A DNA stretch of 59,895 bases from Patescibacteria group bacterium (lineage in GTDB: Bacteria; Patescibacteriota; Microgenomatia; UBA1400; PJMF01): assembly GCA_040879165.1 (NCBI GenBank), contig JBBDKV010000028.1, positions 1 to 59,895 on the forward strand, written 5' to 3'. Of this stretch, positions 44,356 to 54,160 are shown in pieces. Positions within the stretch are counted from its first letter, which is position 1; each line of letters opens with the position of its first letter. Made by a program: the position numbers and the translations under genes. The notes beneath the pieces are model-generated. The model saw only the letters and a list, made by a program, of their open reading frames with translations. It was not told where the DNA came from and made no database searches.

Positions 44356-46341
44356 TTATAAATTTGGTTGATCAAGTGCTTCTTGCTCAGATTCCTGGAG
44401 CGCTCTTGTTTTATCTGCCAAAAAGCTTCTGAGATAGCGATAGGCATTGACTGGATTAATGCAGCTGAGTGGCTGTACTTTACAGTTTGGTACAAGATAC
44501 ACAGTTTCAGTTGCACTAAACCCGCCCTCTGCGTGAACAGTGACTGTCGCTGACATATGTTGACTAGATTCAATGTCAATCAGAACCATGCCGTTTTGAC
44601 TATTTGAATCAAAAACACTGGTTTTTACCTCTGGACTAGTAACCTCCACGGTTGGCAGTCTGGATAGTTTAACTGGATTTCCTGCTGCATTTCTGGGAAA
44701 GAAAGCTAGGCGAACTGGATTTCGACCGGCTACCGCGTAGCGATTGTTGACGTAGAGTGAACTCTGATCTTGGTCAGGAATGCCATATGCTGCCTCGGGA
44801 AATAGATCAGACCTGAATGCATCTCTAATTGTTGCTAAGTTTGTTTCATCAACTTGAAAATTAATTGTGTTGTCAATCATTTCCATGCTCCACGTTGGTT
44901 GATTCTCGCTTTGTGGATACGTGAGGTTGGTAATGTCAGCAAATTGAGAGTCAATTTCGATAGCATCAGGATGGAAAATCGCAATTGGCTGGTCATTCAC
45001 CGTTAGCACGGCTTGAGAGTTAGTTTTTTCCACAGTCACATTAGCACTATCTCCCTTGAAAAGAGTGATTCGTTCAGGCGACCCTTGCTCTGGTTTGCGA
45101 TTGGACAGGAAATCATTATATGTTTCAAGTCCAGCTGTTTCAGATCCATAAAAGCGCGACCCATCAAGTGTGAATGGAACCACCCACCAGCCTGCCGCTG
45201 CTGCCTTTTCGTCTAGATAAGGGTCTGTAAAATCTGGGTGATAGAGGCGAATGTCACTGATAAAGATCTCATCACTAGATTGGCGAATTCTGGCTCTATA
45301 GTTATCACTGCGAACCCACCATGCTTGTGCAGTTTGGTCGTGCTGCATGTCTGATCCTGCGTAGACAAATACTTCGTCTTGTGTAGTGGCAACAATTTGT
45401 GGCAGTTGGCTAATTGCAATTACGGTGCTAGCTTCAGTTTGAGCCCAGTTGCTTACATAGTCGATTTGTCGCAGGTATTCTTGTTGGTAAGCTTCAACCA
45501 TCGAGTTTTCTAAACCAAGCAATGCGAATGTGTATTCATTCGGTTGTTGGTGAGCTTGATTGAAAAGAAATTCAAAGTAGGAAAATGGAGCACCGCGCAG
45601 TCCGTAGTCGTTCGGTTGGGAAGTAAAGGCATTAGTTCGATCGCCGTAGTTATAGACAGGATCGGTGATAGTTTGACGTACGATCACAGGCATTTCTTGA
45701 TTGTTTGAGTCTGGAATTAGGGCCCAATTATTAGTGGGAAAATATGGATAGTGCATTGGCCCACCATAGAGTGTGTAGCTATCTGTGCCAAATTGTTCGC
45801 GAGTAATTTGATGGGTGAGCACACCATATGTTTCTTTGATATAGCGTAATGAGTATGGGTCGATCATCCAGGAAGTAGTAAAGTCTGGATATTGGTCAAA
45901 CAGTTGATTATATGCTTCGAACATAGTGTCAATTAGTTTTTGTCGGTCTTCAATCTCATAGCCAACCAGCATTGAGTGCTGGGCTTGATACCAGCTAGTT
46001 GAGTTACCAAGGTACTCGACCCCTGCTGCTGCAGCCAGATTTGGAGTAATTTCTAATAGTAAGCCATATTCTTGAGAAGGTTGTTGCTCAATTATGTGTT
46101 GATATTCTTCGTCAATGAGTGCGTCATAGCGTAAAGCAAAGTGTGCCTGAAGATTATGTTGGTCGAAAGTCTGCAACTGGGTTTGAAAGAACCCAATATT
46201 GCCCTCATCACAACACTCACCACCTCTCACTTGATTGATAAAAATCGTGTAGTGATTTGTTTGTGCTGTGACAGGTGCAATGCTTGATGAAAAGCTACAC
46301 ACAGCAATGATTGTGATGAAGAGATTTTTGATTGAGAGCAT
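44356..46341 (-). CDS. Large exported protein with a polysaccharide-deacetylase/GH-like N-terminal domain
   Basis: Signal peptide, HFALRYDAL, GLLLEITP, TREQFGTDSYTLYGGP..PYFP. Confidence 0.65.
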   Translation of the reverse strand: MLSIKNLFITIIAVCSFSSSIAPVTAQTNHYTIFINQVRGGECCDEGNIGFFQTQLQTFDQHNLQAHFALRYDALIDEEYQHIIEQQPSQEYGLLLEITPNLAAAAGVEYLGNSTSWYQAQHSMLVGYEIEDRQKLIDTMFEAYNQLFDQYPDFTTSWMIDPYSLRYIKETYGVLTHQITREQFGTDSYTLYGGPMHYPYFPTNNWALIPDSNNQEMPVIVRQTITDPVYNYGDRTNAFTSQPNDYGLRGAPFSYFEFLFNQAHQQPNEYTFALLGLENSMVEAYQQEYLRQIDYVSNWAQTEASTVIAISQLPQIVATTQDEVFVYAGSDMQHDQTAQAWWVRSDNYRARIRQSSDEIFISDIRLYHPDFTDPYLDEKAAAAGWWVVPFTLDGSRFYGSETAGLETYNDFLSNRKPEQGSPERITLFKGDSANVTVEKTNSQAVLTVNDQPIAIFHPDAIEIDSQFADITNLTYPQSENQPTWSMEMIDNTINFQVDETNLATIRDAFRSDLFPEAAYGIPDQDQSSLYVNNRYAVAGRNPVRLAFFPRNAAGNPVKLSRLPTVEVTSPEVKTSVFDSNSQNGMVLIDIESSQHMSATVTVHAEGGFSATETVYLVPNCKVQPLSCINPVNAYRYLRSFLADKTRALQESEQEALDQPNL

Positions 46342-46414
46342 ATGGTTATAATTACGTATTCTACTACATGGTATCTAGACAATCTTGTTTGTATTTTTCA
46401 TAAGTGGTCAGCAC

Positions 46415-46487
46415 ATTTTTCCAGAGAATTTTCTAATTCTTCAATTTAAGGTAGATCTAAGTGATTTGTTGGTTCGTCCAGAATCAG
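46415..46487 (+). repeat. 73-bp diverged copy of an internal segment of the ABC-F gene (48981-49053)
   Basis: 69/73 identity. The minus strand reads LILDEPTNHLDLP*IEELENSLEK, with three synonymous changes and one nonsense change. Confidence 0.92.
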
Positions 46488-46529
46488 TACAATGCTGCCT
46501 GTCTGACAAAACAACTGATATAATAAATC

Positions 46530-46910
46530 ATGTTTAAAAACAGCACTTCCTTTAATGTGCTCTACACAAATGATATCACTAACACACGTCGATTTTTTAG
46601 TGGATTTGGACTTGAAATTCAAGAACTTGATGCAGAGAAAGTTGTAGTGATTTTTGGTTCATTTGAGCTGCATTTTATTTTGAGATCAGCTGAGTCAACA
46701 AAGGATTATCAGTACATCACTGAAGTAAAAAATTGTGGTCAAGGAATCATTTTTTATATTCAGACAACAGATATCGATGGTGCTAAGGAGCTCATTGAAA
46801 AACATGGCGGCGTGATAAAGTCGCCAATATTTACTAATCATTGGAATTGCAGGGAGTTGCTGTTCGAAGATCCCAATGGCTATAAATTTGCGGTATTTCA
46901 AGAAGTTTGA
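46530..46910 (+). CDS. VOC/glyoxalase family protein
   Basis: LYTNDI..TRRFF, HWNCRELLFEDPNGY; TATAAT-5nt-ATG start. Confidence 0.88.
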   Translation: MFKNSTSFNVLYTNDITNTRRFFSGFGLEIQELDAEKVVVIFGSFELHFILRSAESTKDYQYITEVKNCGQGIIFYIQTTDIDGAKELIEKHGGVIKSPIFTNHWNCRELLFEDPNGYKFAVFQEV

Positions 46911-46913
46911 AGT

Positions 46914-48161
46914 ATGTATTTGATCAAATTAGACAAGGAGATTGTGAACATTAATCAATTTTTTTCAAAAATAAAAGAAGAAGAGGTGCGAAATAGCTCA
47001 TTTTTGCATTTAACAGCAAACGAGCCAGTCATGTCTCAGACCGCTCGATCATTTATGAGTTCTAAGTTAGCTGATAGGTATTTCATGGGCGCGGGAGTAG
47101 ATGGCAAGGTAGATCTTGGTCCGTTAACAGCTCTTGGTTTTCCCGGAGTGGCTGAGTTGGTTGAAGCTGCTGAGAATGCAGCAAAAGAAATGCTTGGAGC
47201 TCAAATTGTAAACTTGAGCTGTCTTTCTGGTGTTCATGCAATGATGTGCGCTATTTTGTCGACAACTGAGCCGGGAGATGTAGTTATGACAGTGCATCAT
47301 GATCACGGCGGGCATTTTGCAACTCAAGGTATTTTGGATCGAGTCGGCAGAAAGCATGTTTTTGCAGAATATGATTTTAAGACACTGTCATTCGATACAG
47401 AAAAGCTGGCTCAAAAATATCAAGAATCAGGTGCCAAAGCATTTTACATGGATGTTTCTTATTATGTTAATCCACACAATTTAAGAGAAATCAGAGAAGC
47501 GTTGGGTGCAGAAGCAATTATTATTTATGATGCCAGTCACACCATGGGGTTGATTATGGGTCAGACATTTCAAGATCCTTTTGTTGAAGGCGCAGATGTA
47601 ATTTGTGCTAACACACATAAGACATTACCTGGTCCGCACAAAGGCATGATTGCATTTAAAAATGCAAAATTAGGTGAAAAAGCGAATGATATTATAGATG
47701 ATTGTTTGTATTCCACACCCCAATTACATCACATGATTGCACTTGCTACCACTATCTTGGAAATGAAAGAATTCGGTCAAGCGTATGCTCAGCAGGTTAT
47801 CATAAATTCAAACGCTCTGGGCACTGCATTATCTAAACGAGGAATGGAAGTTCGTAACGCTAATACTGGTCGTTATTCTGAAAATCATCAAGTACACCTC
47901 TTATCTAAAAAAATTGGAGATTATCGGGATCTGTATGATCGGTTACACAAAAATAACATCACCAGTAATTTTGACAATGTTTTTGATACTGGAATGTTTT
48001 TGAGAATTGGTACCCAGGAAGTGACGCGAAGGGGAATGAAAGAAACCGAGATGCAGCAGATTGCAGCCTTTATTGATCGGGCATTTAAAGGAGAGTTGTT
48101 TTCTGATGAGGTTGCTCGTTTTGTGAGCAAATTTCAGAAGGTGGAGTATTCGTTTGATTAA
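46914..48161 (+). CDS. PLP-dependent SHMT-superfamily enzyme, non-canonical (threonine-transaldolase-like)
   Basis: LTANE, LSGVHAM, GGHFAT, YDASH, NTHKTLPGPHKG (Schiff-base Lys) and LRIGTQEVTRRG. It lacks the canonical GlyA KYAEGY, QPHSG and GGHLTHG motifs. Confidence 0.82.
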   Translation: MYLIKLDKEIVNINQFFSKIKEEEVRNSSFLHLTANEPVMSQTARSFMSSKLADRYFMGAGVDGKVDLGPLTALGFPGVAELVEAAENAAKEMLGAQIVNLSCLSGVHAMMCAILSTTEPGDVVMTVHHDHGGHFATQGILDRVGRKHVFAEYDFKTLSFDTEKLAQKYQESGAKAFYMDVSYYVNPHNLREIREALGAEAIIIYDASHTMGLIMGQTFQDPFVEGADVICANTHKTLPGPHKGMIAFKNAKLGEKANDIIDDCLYSTPQLHHMIALATTILEMKEFGQAYAQQVIINSNALGTALSKRGMEVRNANTGRYSENHQVHLLSKKIGDYRDLYDRLHKNNITSNFDNVFDTGMFLRIGTQEVTRRGMKETEMQQIAAFIDRAFKGELFSDEVARFVSKFQKVEYSFD

Positions 48162-48217
48162 GCTGATATGGTTGATAGATCCAGGCTTGAGGTCGTTTTG
48201 TGTAAAAAATTATTTTT

Positions 48218-48877
48218 ATGAAAATCTCAGGATTTAAAGAAACTATCGAGTGGTACGATCACAATGCACAGCAGTATGCTGAGGCAAGTAAAGATTTGGT
48301 ATCTCATGATCAGCTTGCAGCATTCGTTGAGCTGTTAGCTGAAGATAGTAGGATTCTGGACGCTGGTTGTGGTTCGGGCAGGGATACTGCGTTATTGAGT
48401 AGTAAAGGACTTAATACGATTGGTCTTGACCTCTCAAGTGGCTTAATAGCTGAAGCAAGAAAAAGGTTTCCTGACCAGGAATTTATCGCTGGCAGCTTTT
48501 TGGCATTGCCATTTAATGATGAATCTTTTGATGGTGTCTGGGCACATGCCTCATTGGTTCATCTGGAAACGGAGACTGATGTTAAGCAAGCTTTAACTGA
48601 ATTTAAGAGAGTCTTAAAAACGGGCGGCATTTTGCATGTCCTCGTGAAAGCGCAGACTGCAGCAGATAAAACGGCAGTAGTTTCTGACAAGCTCTCAGGT
48701 CATGATCGATTTTTTCAATACTTCACCTTAGATGAAGTGTCATCATTATTACAAGAGCACAATTTTGAAGTCATTCAGTCTGAGCAATATAACGAGGCGG
48801 AGAGGGATCCAAACGGTAGGCCAGAAGTGGAGTGGATAGCAGTTTTGAGTAAAAAAACGCTCGTTGCTGCTAGGTAG
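48218..48877 (+). CDS. Class I SAM-dependent methyltransferase
   Basis: ILDAGCGSGRD, GLDLS, FDGVWAHASLVH and RVLKTGG. Confidence 0.92.
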   Translation: MKISGFKETIEWYDHNAQQYAEASKDLVSHDQLAAFVELLAEDSRILDAGCGSGRDTALLSSKGLNTIGLDLSSGLIAEARKRFPDQEFIAGSFLALPFNDESFDGVWAHASLVHLETETDVKQALTEFKRVLKTGGILHVLVKAQTAADKTAVVSDKLSGHDRFFQYFTLDEVSSLLQEHNFEVIQSEQYNEAERDPNGRPEVEWIAVLSKKTLVAAR

Positions 48878-48903
48878 TTCTAAATTTTCCAGTGGGCAGG
48901 ATG

Positions 48904-50526
48904 TCAAATCTCCACCACTTTCCCACCCATTCGTTTGACGAAATAAGTGTCGTGGGTGATGTACAGAATGCCGCCGGCAAATTTTTCCAGGGAGTTTTCT
49001 AATTCTTCAATTGAAGGTAGATCTAAGTGATTTGTTGGTTCGTCTAGAATCAGCAGATTTGGTTCGCCGATAAACATTTTTATTAGTTGAAATCGTGCCT
49101 TCTGCCCACCCGATAGATGTGCTATTTTTTGCCTACCATCTTGAATGGGGTCGAACAAGTATTGTGCCAACAACTTTTTGACTTGCTGAGTGTCAATTGG
49201 TACTTTTTTCTCATCATAACTGAGCATGATCGCATCTTCGAGCGGGAGCGATAAGTAACGCTCACTGATTTCTTGTTCGTACTCACCGATACGCAGGTCA
49301 GGGTCAACTAGAATTTCACCTTCCAGCTGTTTGGCGATCGGCTTGTGTCCTTTTGCTAGCGAGAGTATGGTGCGCACGAGCGTACTCTTTCCTGCACCAT
49401 TTTTACCTTTGATAAATACCCGATCAGTTGCGCCGACTGTAAAACTCAGCCCGCTAAAAACTGGCTCTGTGTATCCTAAAGCGAGGTTCCTGACCCTGAT
49501 CAAATCAGAGCTGTGTTTGTTTTCTGTGACGGTGGTAATCTGAATATTTTTTTGTTTAAATTTGTGATACGAATCGACTACTTTTTTATCCATAGCATCG
49601 ACTGAATCTTGATCAATCCAAAAAGATGGCTTGACAGTTTCAGCTTTTATTTTTTCGTACTCTCGCAGCCATTGATCGTAGCGCGTTTTCCATGCCTTAC
49701 TTTTGGCGCGCATTTGCATGCCCCACTCAACTCGTTTTTTGGCTTCTTGGAGTCGGTTGAGCTGGTCTGAATACAGTTTTACTGATGTGAGGGTTTGATT
49801 GGCATTTTGGGAAATGTATTTATCGTAATTACCCTTGAAAATGTCAATTTTTTGTTCTTTTAGCTCAATAATTCTATTGACGCTGCGTAGTACATCGCGA
49901 TCGTGGGTGACCACGACTACTGTTTGTGAAAGCCTACTCATCCAATTTATAAAACGATTTTTCCCCAAGTAATCCATGTGATTGGTGGGTTCGTCGACGA
50001 GTAAGAGGTCGGATTGTGAGAACATCATCCGGGTCATCTCCACGTAGCGCTTTTCCCCACCTGAAAGCTTGGCAAGCGGCATCTGTGCTGCCTCAGTTGA
50101 CATGCCAAAATCTTTGAGCGTGCTTGTAATTGCCGCTTCAATGTTGAAGTATTTTCTTTCTGTACAGTATTCCAAGACCTTTAGATAGCGATCAAGGTTG
50201 GTGGTAAGACCTTGTTCATAATCAGAGATGACCTTGAGGTACTGATGGTAATTGGGAACACTGTTTAGGATATACTCCAATGCTGATTGTTGAGCATCTT
50301 CAATATGTTCTTGCTTGGTGAGTGTAATGCGCAGACCCTTGCGACTTTCAACCTGACCGCCGAAATCTGTGTCTTCACCGCTGAGAATTTTGAGCAGGGT
50401 GGTTTTGCCGTATCCGTTTCTCCCCACCAAAGCAATTTTTTCGCCGTCACTAATACTAAAGCTCAGATCTTTAAACAGATTCTTAGCGCCAATGGATTTT
50501 GATAGGTTAGTGGTTCCAATTAACAG
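48904..50526 (-). CDS. ABC-F family ATPase; most plausible start is a CTG at 50526
   Basis: Two NBDs (GRNGYGKTT/LSGGE/DEPTNH and GKNGAGKST/LSGGQ/DEPTNH), no TM. The conserved N-terminal strand LIGTTNLSKSIG lies 32 codons upstream of the track's TTG. Confidence 0.88.
   Translation of the reverse strand: MLIGTTNLSKSIGAKNLFKDLSFSISDGEKIALVGRNGYGKTTLLKILSGEDTDFGGQVESRKGLRITLTKQEHIEDAQQSALEYILNSVPNYHQYLKVISDYEQGLTTNLDRYLKVLEYCTERKYFNIEAAITSTLKDFGMSTEAAQMPLAKLSGGEKRYVEMTRMMFSQSDLLLVDEPTNHMDYLGKNRFINWMSRLSQTVVVVTHDRDVLRSVNRIIELKEQKIDIFKGNYDKYISQNANQTLTSVKLYSDQLNRLQEAKKRVEWGMQMRAKSKAWKTRYDQWLREYEKIKAETVKPSFWIDQDSVDAMDKKVVDSYHKFKQKNIQITTVTENKHSSDLIRVRNLALGYTEPVFSGLSFTVGATDRVFIKGKNGAGKSTLVRTILSLAKGHKPIAKQLEGEILVDPDLRIGEYEQEISERYLSLPLEDAIMLSYDEKKVPIDTQQVKKLLAQYLFDPIQDGRQKIAHLSGGQKARFQLIKMFIGEPNLLILDEPTNHLDLPSIEELENSLEKFAGGILYITHDTYFVKRMGGKVVEI
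48981..49053 (+). repeat. Intact partner of the 73-bp direct repeat (inside ABC-F)
   Basis: 69/73 identity to 46415-46487. Confidence 0.92.
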
Positions 50527-50769
50527 AAGGGTTATTATACCTTAGATAGCCATAGTATTTCTAATAGTGGTTGCCAGCTGGACCATGTCTTGTTTTCAAG
50601 ATAGCTTGAATAGGTAAAGCTCAGAATTCAGAATAGGGGATGCATCTATTTTTATACATATGACGCTCACACGATACTTTCTGAAATGGAAAAGCGTTTT
50701 GATGCTCTGATATACTGTGAATGGAGTTAGCGCATAACAATCCATTAGAGAATCCAGGTATGTGTACGT

Positions 50770-51912
50770 ATGAAAAATCACTTAATTGTCATTAGTGTTT
50801 GTGTTTTTTTGAGCGCGGTCATTTTACAATTATTTTACTTACTCCAAAATCAAACTCACACACTTCCAATGTATGTATATGATTCAAGCAATGAAAAGCA
50901 GCTGCAGACTGCACCAACTACCACTCCTGCCCCAATCACTACACCCCCACCTTCGCCAACAATCACTCTTGCTCAGCCGAAACCAGCTGCATCTGTGCCG
51001 ATTAATGTTCATTATTTTCAGACCTTTAATAACTGTGGCCCTGCCTCACTAGCCATGATGCTGTCACATTTTGAGATGTATCGAACTCAGCAAGAGCTGG
51101 GCAATCAACTTCGTCCATACCAGGTTGCTTCAGGTGACAACGATGATAAATCCACCACTTTGCAAGAGATAGCGGACAAGGCAGAAGAGTTTGGGCTGGT
51201 GGCCTATCATCGACCAGCGGGGGATATTGCGTTGCTCAAGCAGCTGCTTAATAATGGCTTTCCCGTTTTGACCAGAACTTGGCTATCAGCGACTGAAGAT
51301 ATTGGGCACTATCGAGTGGTCAAGGGCTATGATGATGAGCAAGAAGTGATCGTTCAAGATGATTCGTTGCAGGGCAAAGATTTGAATTTTTCCTATGCAG
51401 ATTTTAATGTCATGTGGGAGAAATTTGGTTACGAGTATCTTGTGCTAGCTGAGCCAGAGGATGCGCCGGTGGTTGAGGCAATTTTGGGAGAAATGCTCGA
51501 TACTTCTGTTGCCTGGCAACAAGCCTATCAAGATTTTGAGCAGCGGTTAGAAAACAATCCTGATGACATATATACGAGATTTAACCTCAGTGTTGCGGCG
51601 TATTACTTGGGTGAGCATCAGGAGTCAGTTCAGCACTTTGAAATGGTCGAGTCCCAGCTTCCATTCAGAACGCTTTGGTATCAGCGAGAGCCGTTGCTGG
51701 CATATCAGCAGCTTGGGCAATATGACGAACTGCTGCCTCGCATTGAACATATTTTGAACAATGGCAATCGTGCGTATAGTGAACTTTATCAGATTCGAGG
51801 CGAAGTCTATCTTGATCAAGGTGATGTTGAGACAGCTCGCAGAGAGTTTGAATTGGCAGTACGCTATAATGAAAATTATCAGCCAGCACGTGAGGCATTG
51901 GAGCAGTTGTGA
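50770..51912 (+). CDS. Membrane-anchored C39-like cysteine peptidase with C-terminal TPR repeats
   Basis: QTFNNCGPASLAM, GHYRVVKGYD, QDDSL and TPR-like helices. Confidence 0.85.
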   Translation: MKNHLIVISVCVFLSAVILQLFYLLQNQTHTLPMYVYDSSNEKQLQTAPTTTPAPITTPPPSPTITLAQPKPAASVPINVHYFQTFNNCGPASLAMMLSHFEMYRTQQELGNQLRPYQVASGDNDDKSTTLQEIADKAEEFGLVAYHRPAGDIALLKQLLNNGFPVLTRTWLSATEDIGHYRVVKGYDDEQEVIVQDDSLQGKDLNFSYADFNVMWEKFGYEYLVLAEPEDAPVVEAILGEMLDTSVAWQQAYQDFEQRLENNPDDIYTRFNLSVAAYYLGEHQESVQHFEMVESQLPFRTLWYQREPLLAYQQLGQYDELLPRIEHILNNGNRAYSELYQIRGEVYLDQGDVETARREFELAVRYNENYQPAREALEQL

Positions 51913-51988
51913 ACAACAATTAGTTCGTTTGGCAAGTTTGTCGCGAATTGGTCAGTGAAAAGTGCATCGCAGTTGGTTATAAACGTCT

Positions 51989-52405
51989 ATGGCAGAACTA
52001 AAAACTAAACCTACTAGCAAAGACCCACTTCAATTTCTAAACTCAATCCAGCCTGAGCAAAAGAAGCTTGATGGATTAAAACTTCTTGAGATGTTTGTAG
52101 AAATAACTGGAGAAAAACCAGTCATGTGGGGTGACAGTATCTTAGGGTTTGGTAGCTATCACTACAAGTCAGAAAGAAGTTCACAGGAAGGAGATTGGCT
52201 ACTAGTAGGATTTTCACCAAGAAAGCAAAATTTGTCACTCTATATCATGAGTGGAAATGAAGATAGCGAAGACTTACTGAACAAGCTTGGCAAGCACAAA
52301 AAAAGTGTTGGCTGTTTATATATTAACAAACTAGCAGATGTCGATGAAGCAGTGCTTGGTCAATTAATCAAAAAGTCATTTGAGTTCATGAAGAATACAT
52401 ATTAA
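51989..52405 (+). CDS. DUF1801 family protein
   Basis: MWGDSILGFGSYHY, GFSPRKQNLSLY, LGKHKKSVGCLYI. Confidence 0.85.
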   Translation: MAELKTKPTSKDPLQFLNSIQPEQKKLDGLKLLEMFVEITGEKPVMWGDSILGFGSYHYKSERSSQEGDWLLVGFSPRKQNLSLYIMSGNEDSEDLLNKLGKHKKSVGCLYINKLADVDEAVLGQLIKKSFEFMKNTY

Positions 52406-52484
52406 CCTGGGCGTTTGCAGTCACAACACAGTCAGCAACACTGTCAGCAGTGCATAATTATATGAAGATTATGTTAATGAGAGG

Positions 52485-53651
52485 TTATTGTTTCCTCATT
52501 TTTATAATTGCCTGACTAGAAGCGCTCAAACCAAATGAACTCACCATGACGCTGACAATTCCCAGAATAATCATGGCAGTAATTATTGATTGATCAACCA
52601 AGCCATACTGCAAACCGACAAAAGCCGTAGCTAAGGTTGTGGAAAGTTGTGGCACCATGGCAAAGCCAATGTACTTTCGCTCTGGCCTTGAAAACTCGAG
52701 CAACCAACTACCCGCCCAGCCTGAAATAAACTTTCCAAGAATAGAAAAACTCACCAGCGCTGCGATAAGCCACCAGGTGTTAGGCTGTGAATTGAGTAAA
52801 GCAGCAATATCAATTTTTATTCCAACAATTACAAAAAATAGAGGAATAAAGATGCCGTACGCTAGGGCATGTAATTTACTCTTTATTTCATCGGTGGTGA
52901 TAGCATCTGAAACTATCAGTCCCGTGAAAAAGCCCGCTGTAATGGCGTGTAACCCAAGCACTTCAAATAACACGACTGTTCCGAGCAGCATGGCGAAAAC
53001 TACGCGGATCTCTCGTTCAAACTCTCCTTCACGACCACCAAACTTCATTCGCAATTCTCGCACTTTAGGCACACCCCAACGTAATCCCAGCAGAATCAGC
53101 GTTAGTGCTCCGTAAAATAGCGGTAATGGCAGGCTGGTTGTCGGGTTTGTAATTTGTAAGAAAATGGATAATAGAATTAAGGCAACGATGTCATTAACCA
53201 TTGCGCTAGCAATAATGATTTTACCCAGCTTGGTAGGTAAAAGCTTGGCGTGTTCTAGTGAGGGAATGATTGCAGCAACTGAAGAGCTGATAAAAATAAT
53301 CCCAATCAGCATGCTAACCATCATGCTATATCCAAATGCCGTTGCCACGAGTATGCCGAGAATCATGGGAGTGCCAGCCGTTAACAATGAGAGTATGACG
53401 ATAGATCTTTTGTATAGCTTAAACGATGAAAGCTTAATTTCCAGACCTGCCATAAACATCAAAAAAACCAAGCCTAGTTCACCAAAAAGTTCCAGCGTTG
53501 GGTCGAGACTGACTACGCCCAAGCCAAAGGGACCGATCACAATCCCCGCAGTAATTAACGCGGCGACCCAAGGTAAGTGAAAGCGGGAAAAGATAAACGC
53601 TGAGAGTAAGCTGGACAAAAGAATGATAAATAGAGCTGTGGTAGAAATCAT
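52485..53651 (-). CDS. Cation:proton antiporter (CPA2/Kef-like)
   Basis: ELGLVFLMFMAGLE, ISSSVA, ASAMVND and FIPLFFV; about 12 TM. Confidence 0.88.
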   Translation of the reverse strand: MISTTALFIILLSSLLSAFIFSRFHLPWVAALITAGIVIGPFGLGVVSLDPTLELFGELGLVFLMFMAGLEIKLSSFKLYKRSIVILSLLTAGTPMILGILVATAFGYSMMVSMLIGIIFISSSVAAIIPSLEHAKLLPTKLGKIIIASAMVNDIVALILLSIFLQITNPTTSLPLPLFYGALTLILLGLRWGVPKVRELRMKFGGREGEFEREIRVVFAMLLGTVVLFEVLGLHAITAGFFTGLIVSDAITTDEIKSKLHALAYGIFIPLFFVIVGIKIDIAALLNSQPNTWWLIAALVSFSILGKFISGWAGSWLLEFSRPERKYIGFAMVPQLSTTLATAFVGLQYGLVDQSIITAMIILGIVSVMVSSFGLSASSQAIIKMRKQ

Positions 53652-53805
53652 ACTCTTCCAGAGTAGCAAAGACTGGAGCACACTTGCTAGTGGGAAAAAA
53701 CTAGATCAATATTCTACTTTTTTCTTACAAAATCCATACAAATATTTTACTCACTTCTCACGTATAGGAATTATACTGATTACAGTAGTACATGAAAGGA
53801 AGTGA

Positions 53806-54048
53806 ATGCCAGAAACAGTACAACAAACTAAAGATCCGCAGTCAAGCTCGATGATATTGACTGTGGTTATCCTGCTGGTAGTGATTATTATTGGACTGTT
53901 CTATTTTATGTCCGGGAGGACGAATACTGATCAGCCAGCAACCCCATCTACTGTAATTCAAGAGCAACCAGCTCAAGATGATGGTGGAGCTGCCATTGAG
54001 GTTCCTGACGAAGTCCAAGTCGATATTAATCAACAGTCTGACGAATAA
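53806..54048 (+). CDS. Small single-TM protein
   Basis: SD AAGGAAG, one TM helix and an acidic tail. Confidence 0.7.
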   Translation: MPETVQQTKDPQSSSMILTVVILLVVIIIGLFYFMSGRTNTDQPATPSTVIQEQPAQDDGGAAIEVPDEVQVDINQQSDE

Positions 54049-54160
54049 ACTACGACCAAAATTCACTCTTTTATAGGGTTCATTCTGGGGTAGAATCAGG
54101 TACGCAAGCTCCAAGTAATTAGCGCGTAACTAGCGAGAGCTGTTAGTACTTTCACTCCGG

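Noticed and set aside
46914-48161. Housekeeping glyA
   Set aside because: It lacks the KYAEGY, QPHSG and GGHLTHG motifs, so no gene symbol was assigned.
13920-50500. Prophage or IS/transposon
   Set aside because: No integrase, transposase, terminase, capsid or replication gene is recognisable.
50540-50769. Possible gene remnant between ABC-F and the C39 peptidase
   Set aside because: Only short stop-interrupted frames with no identifiable family.
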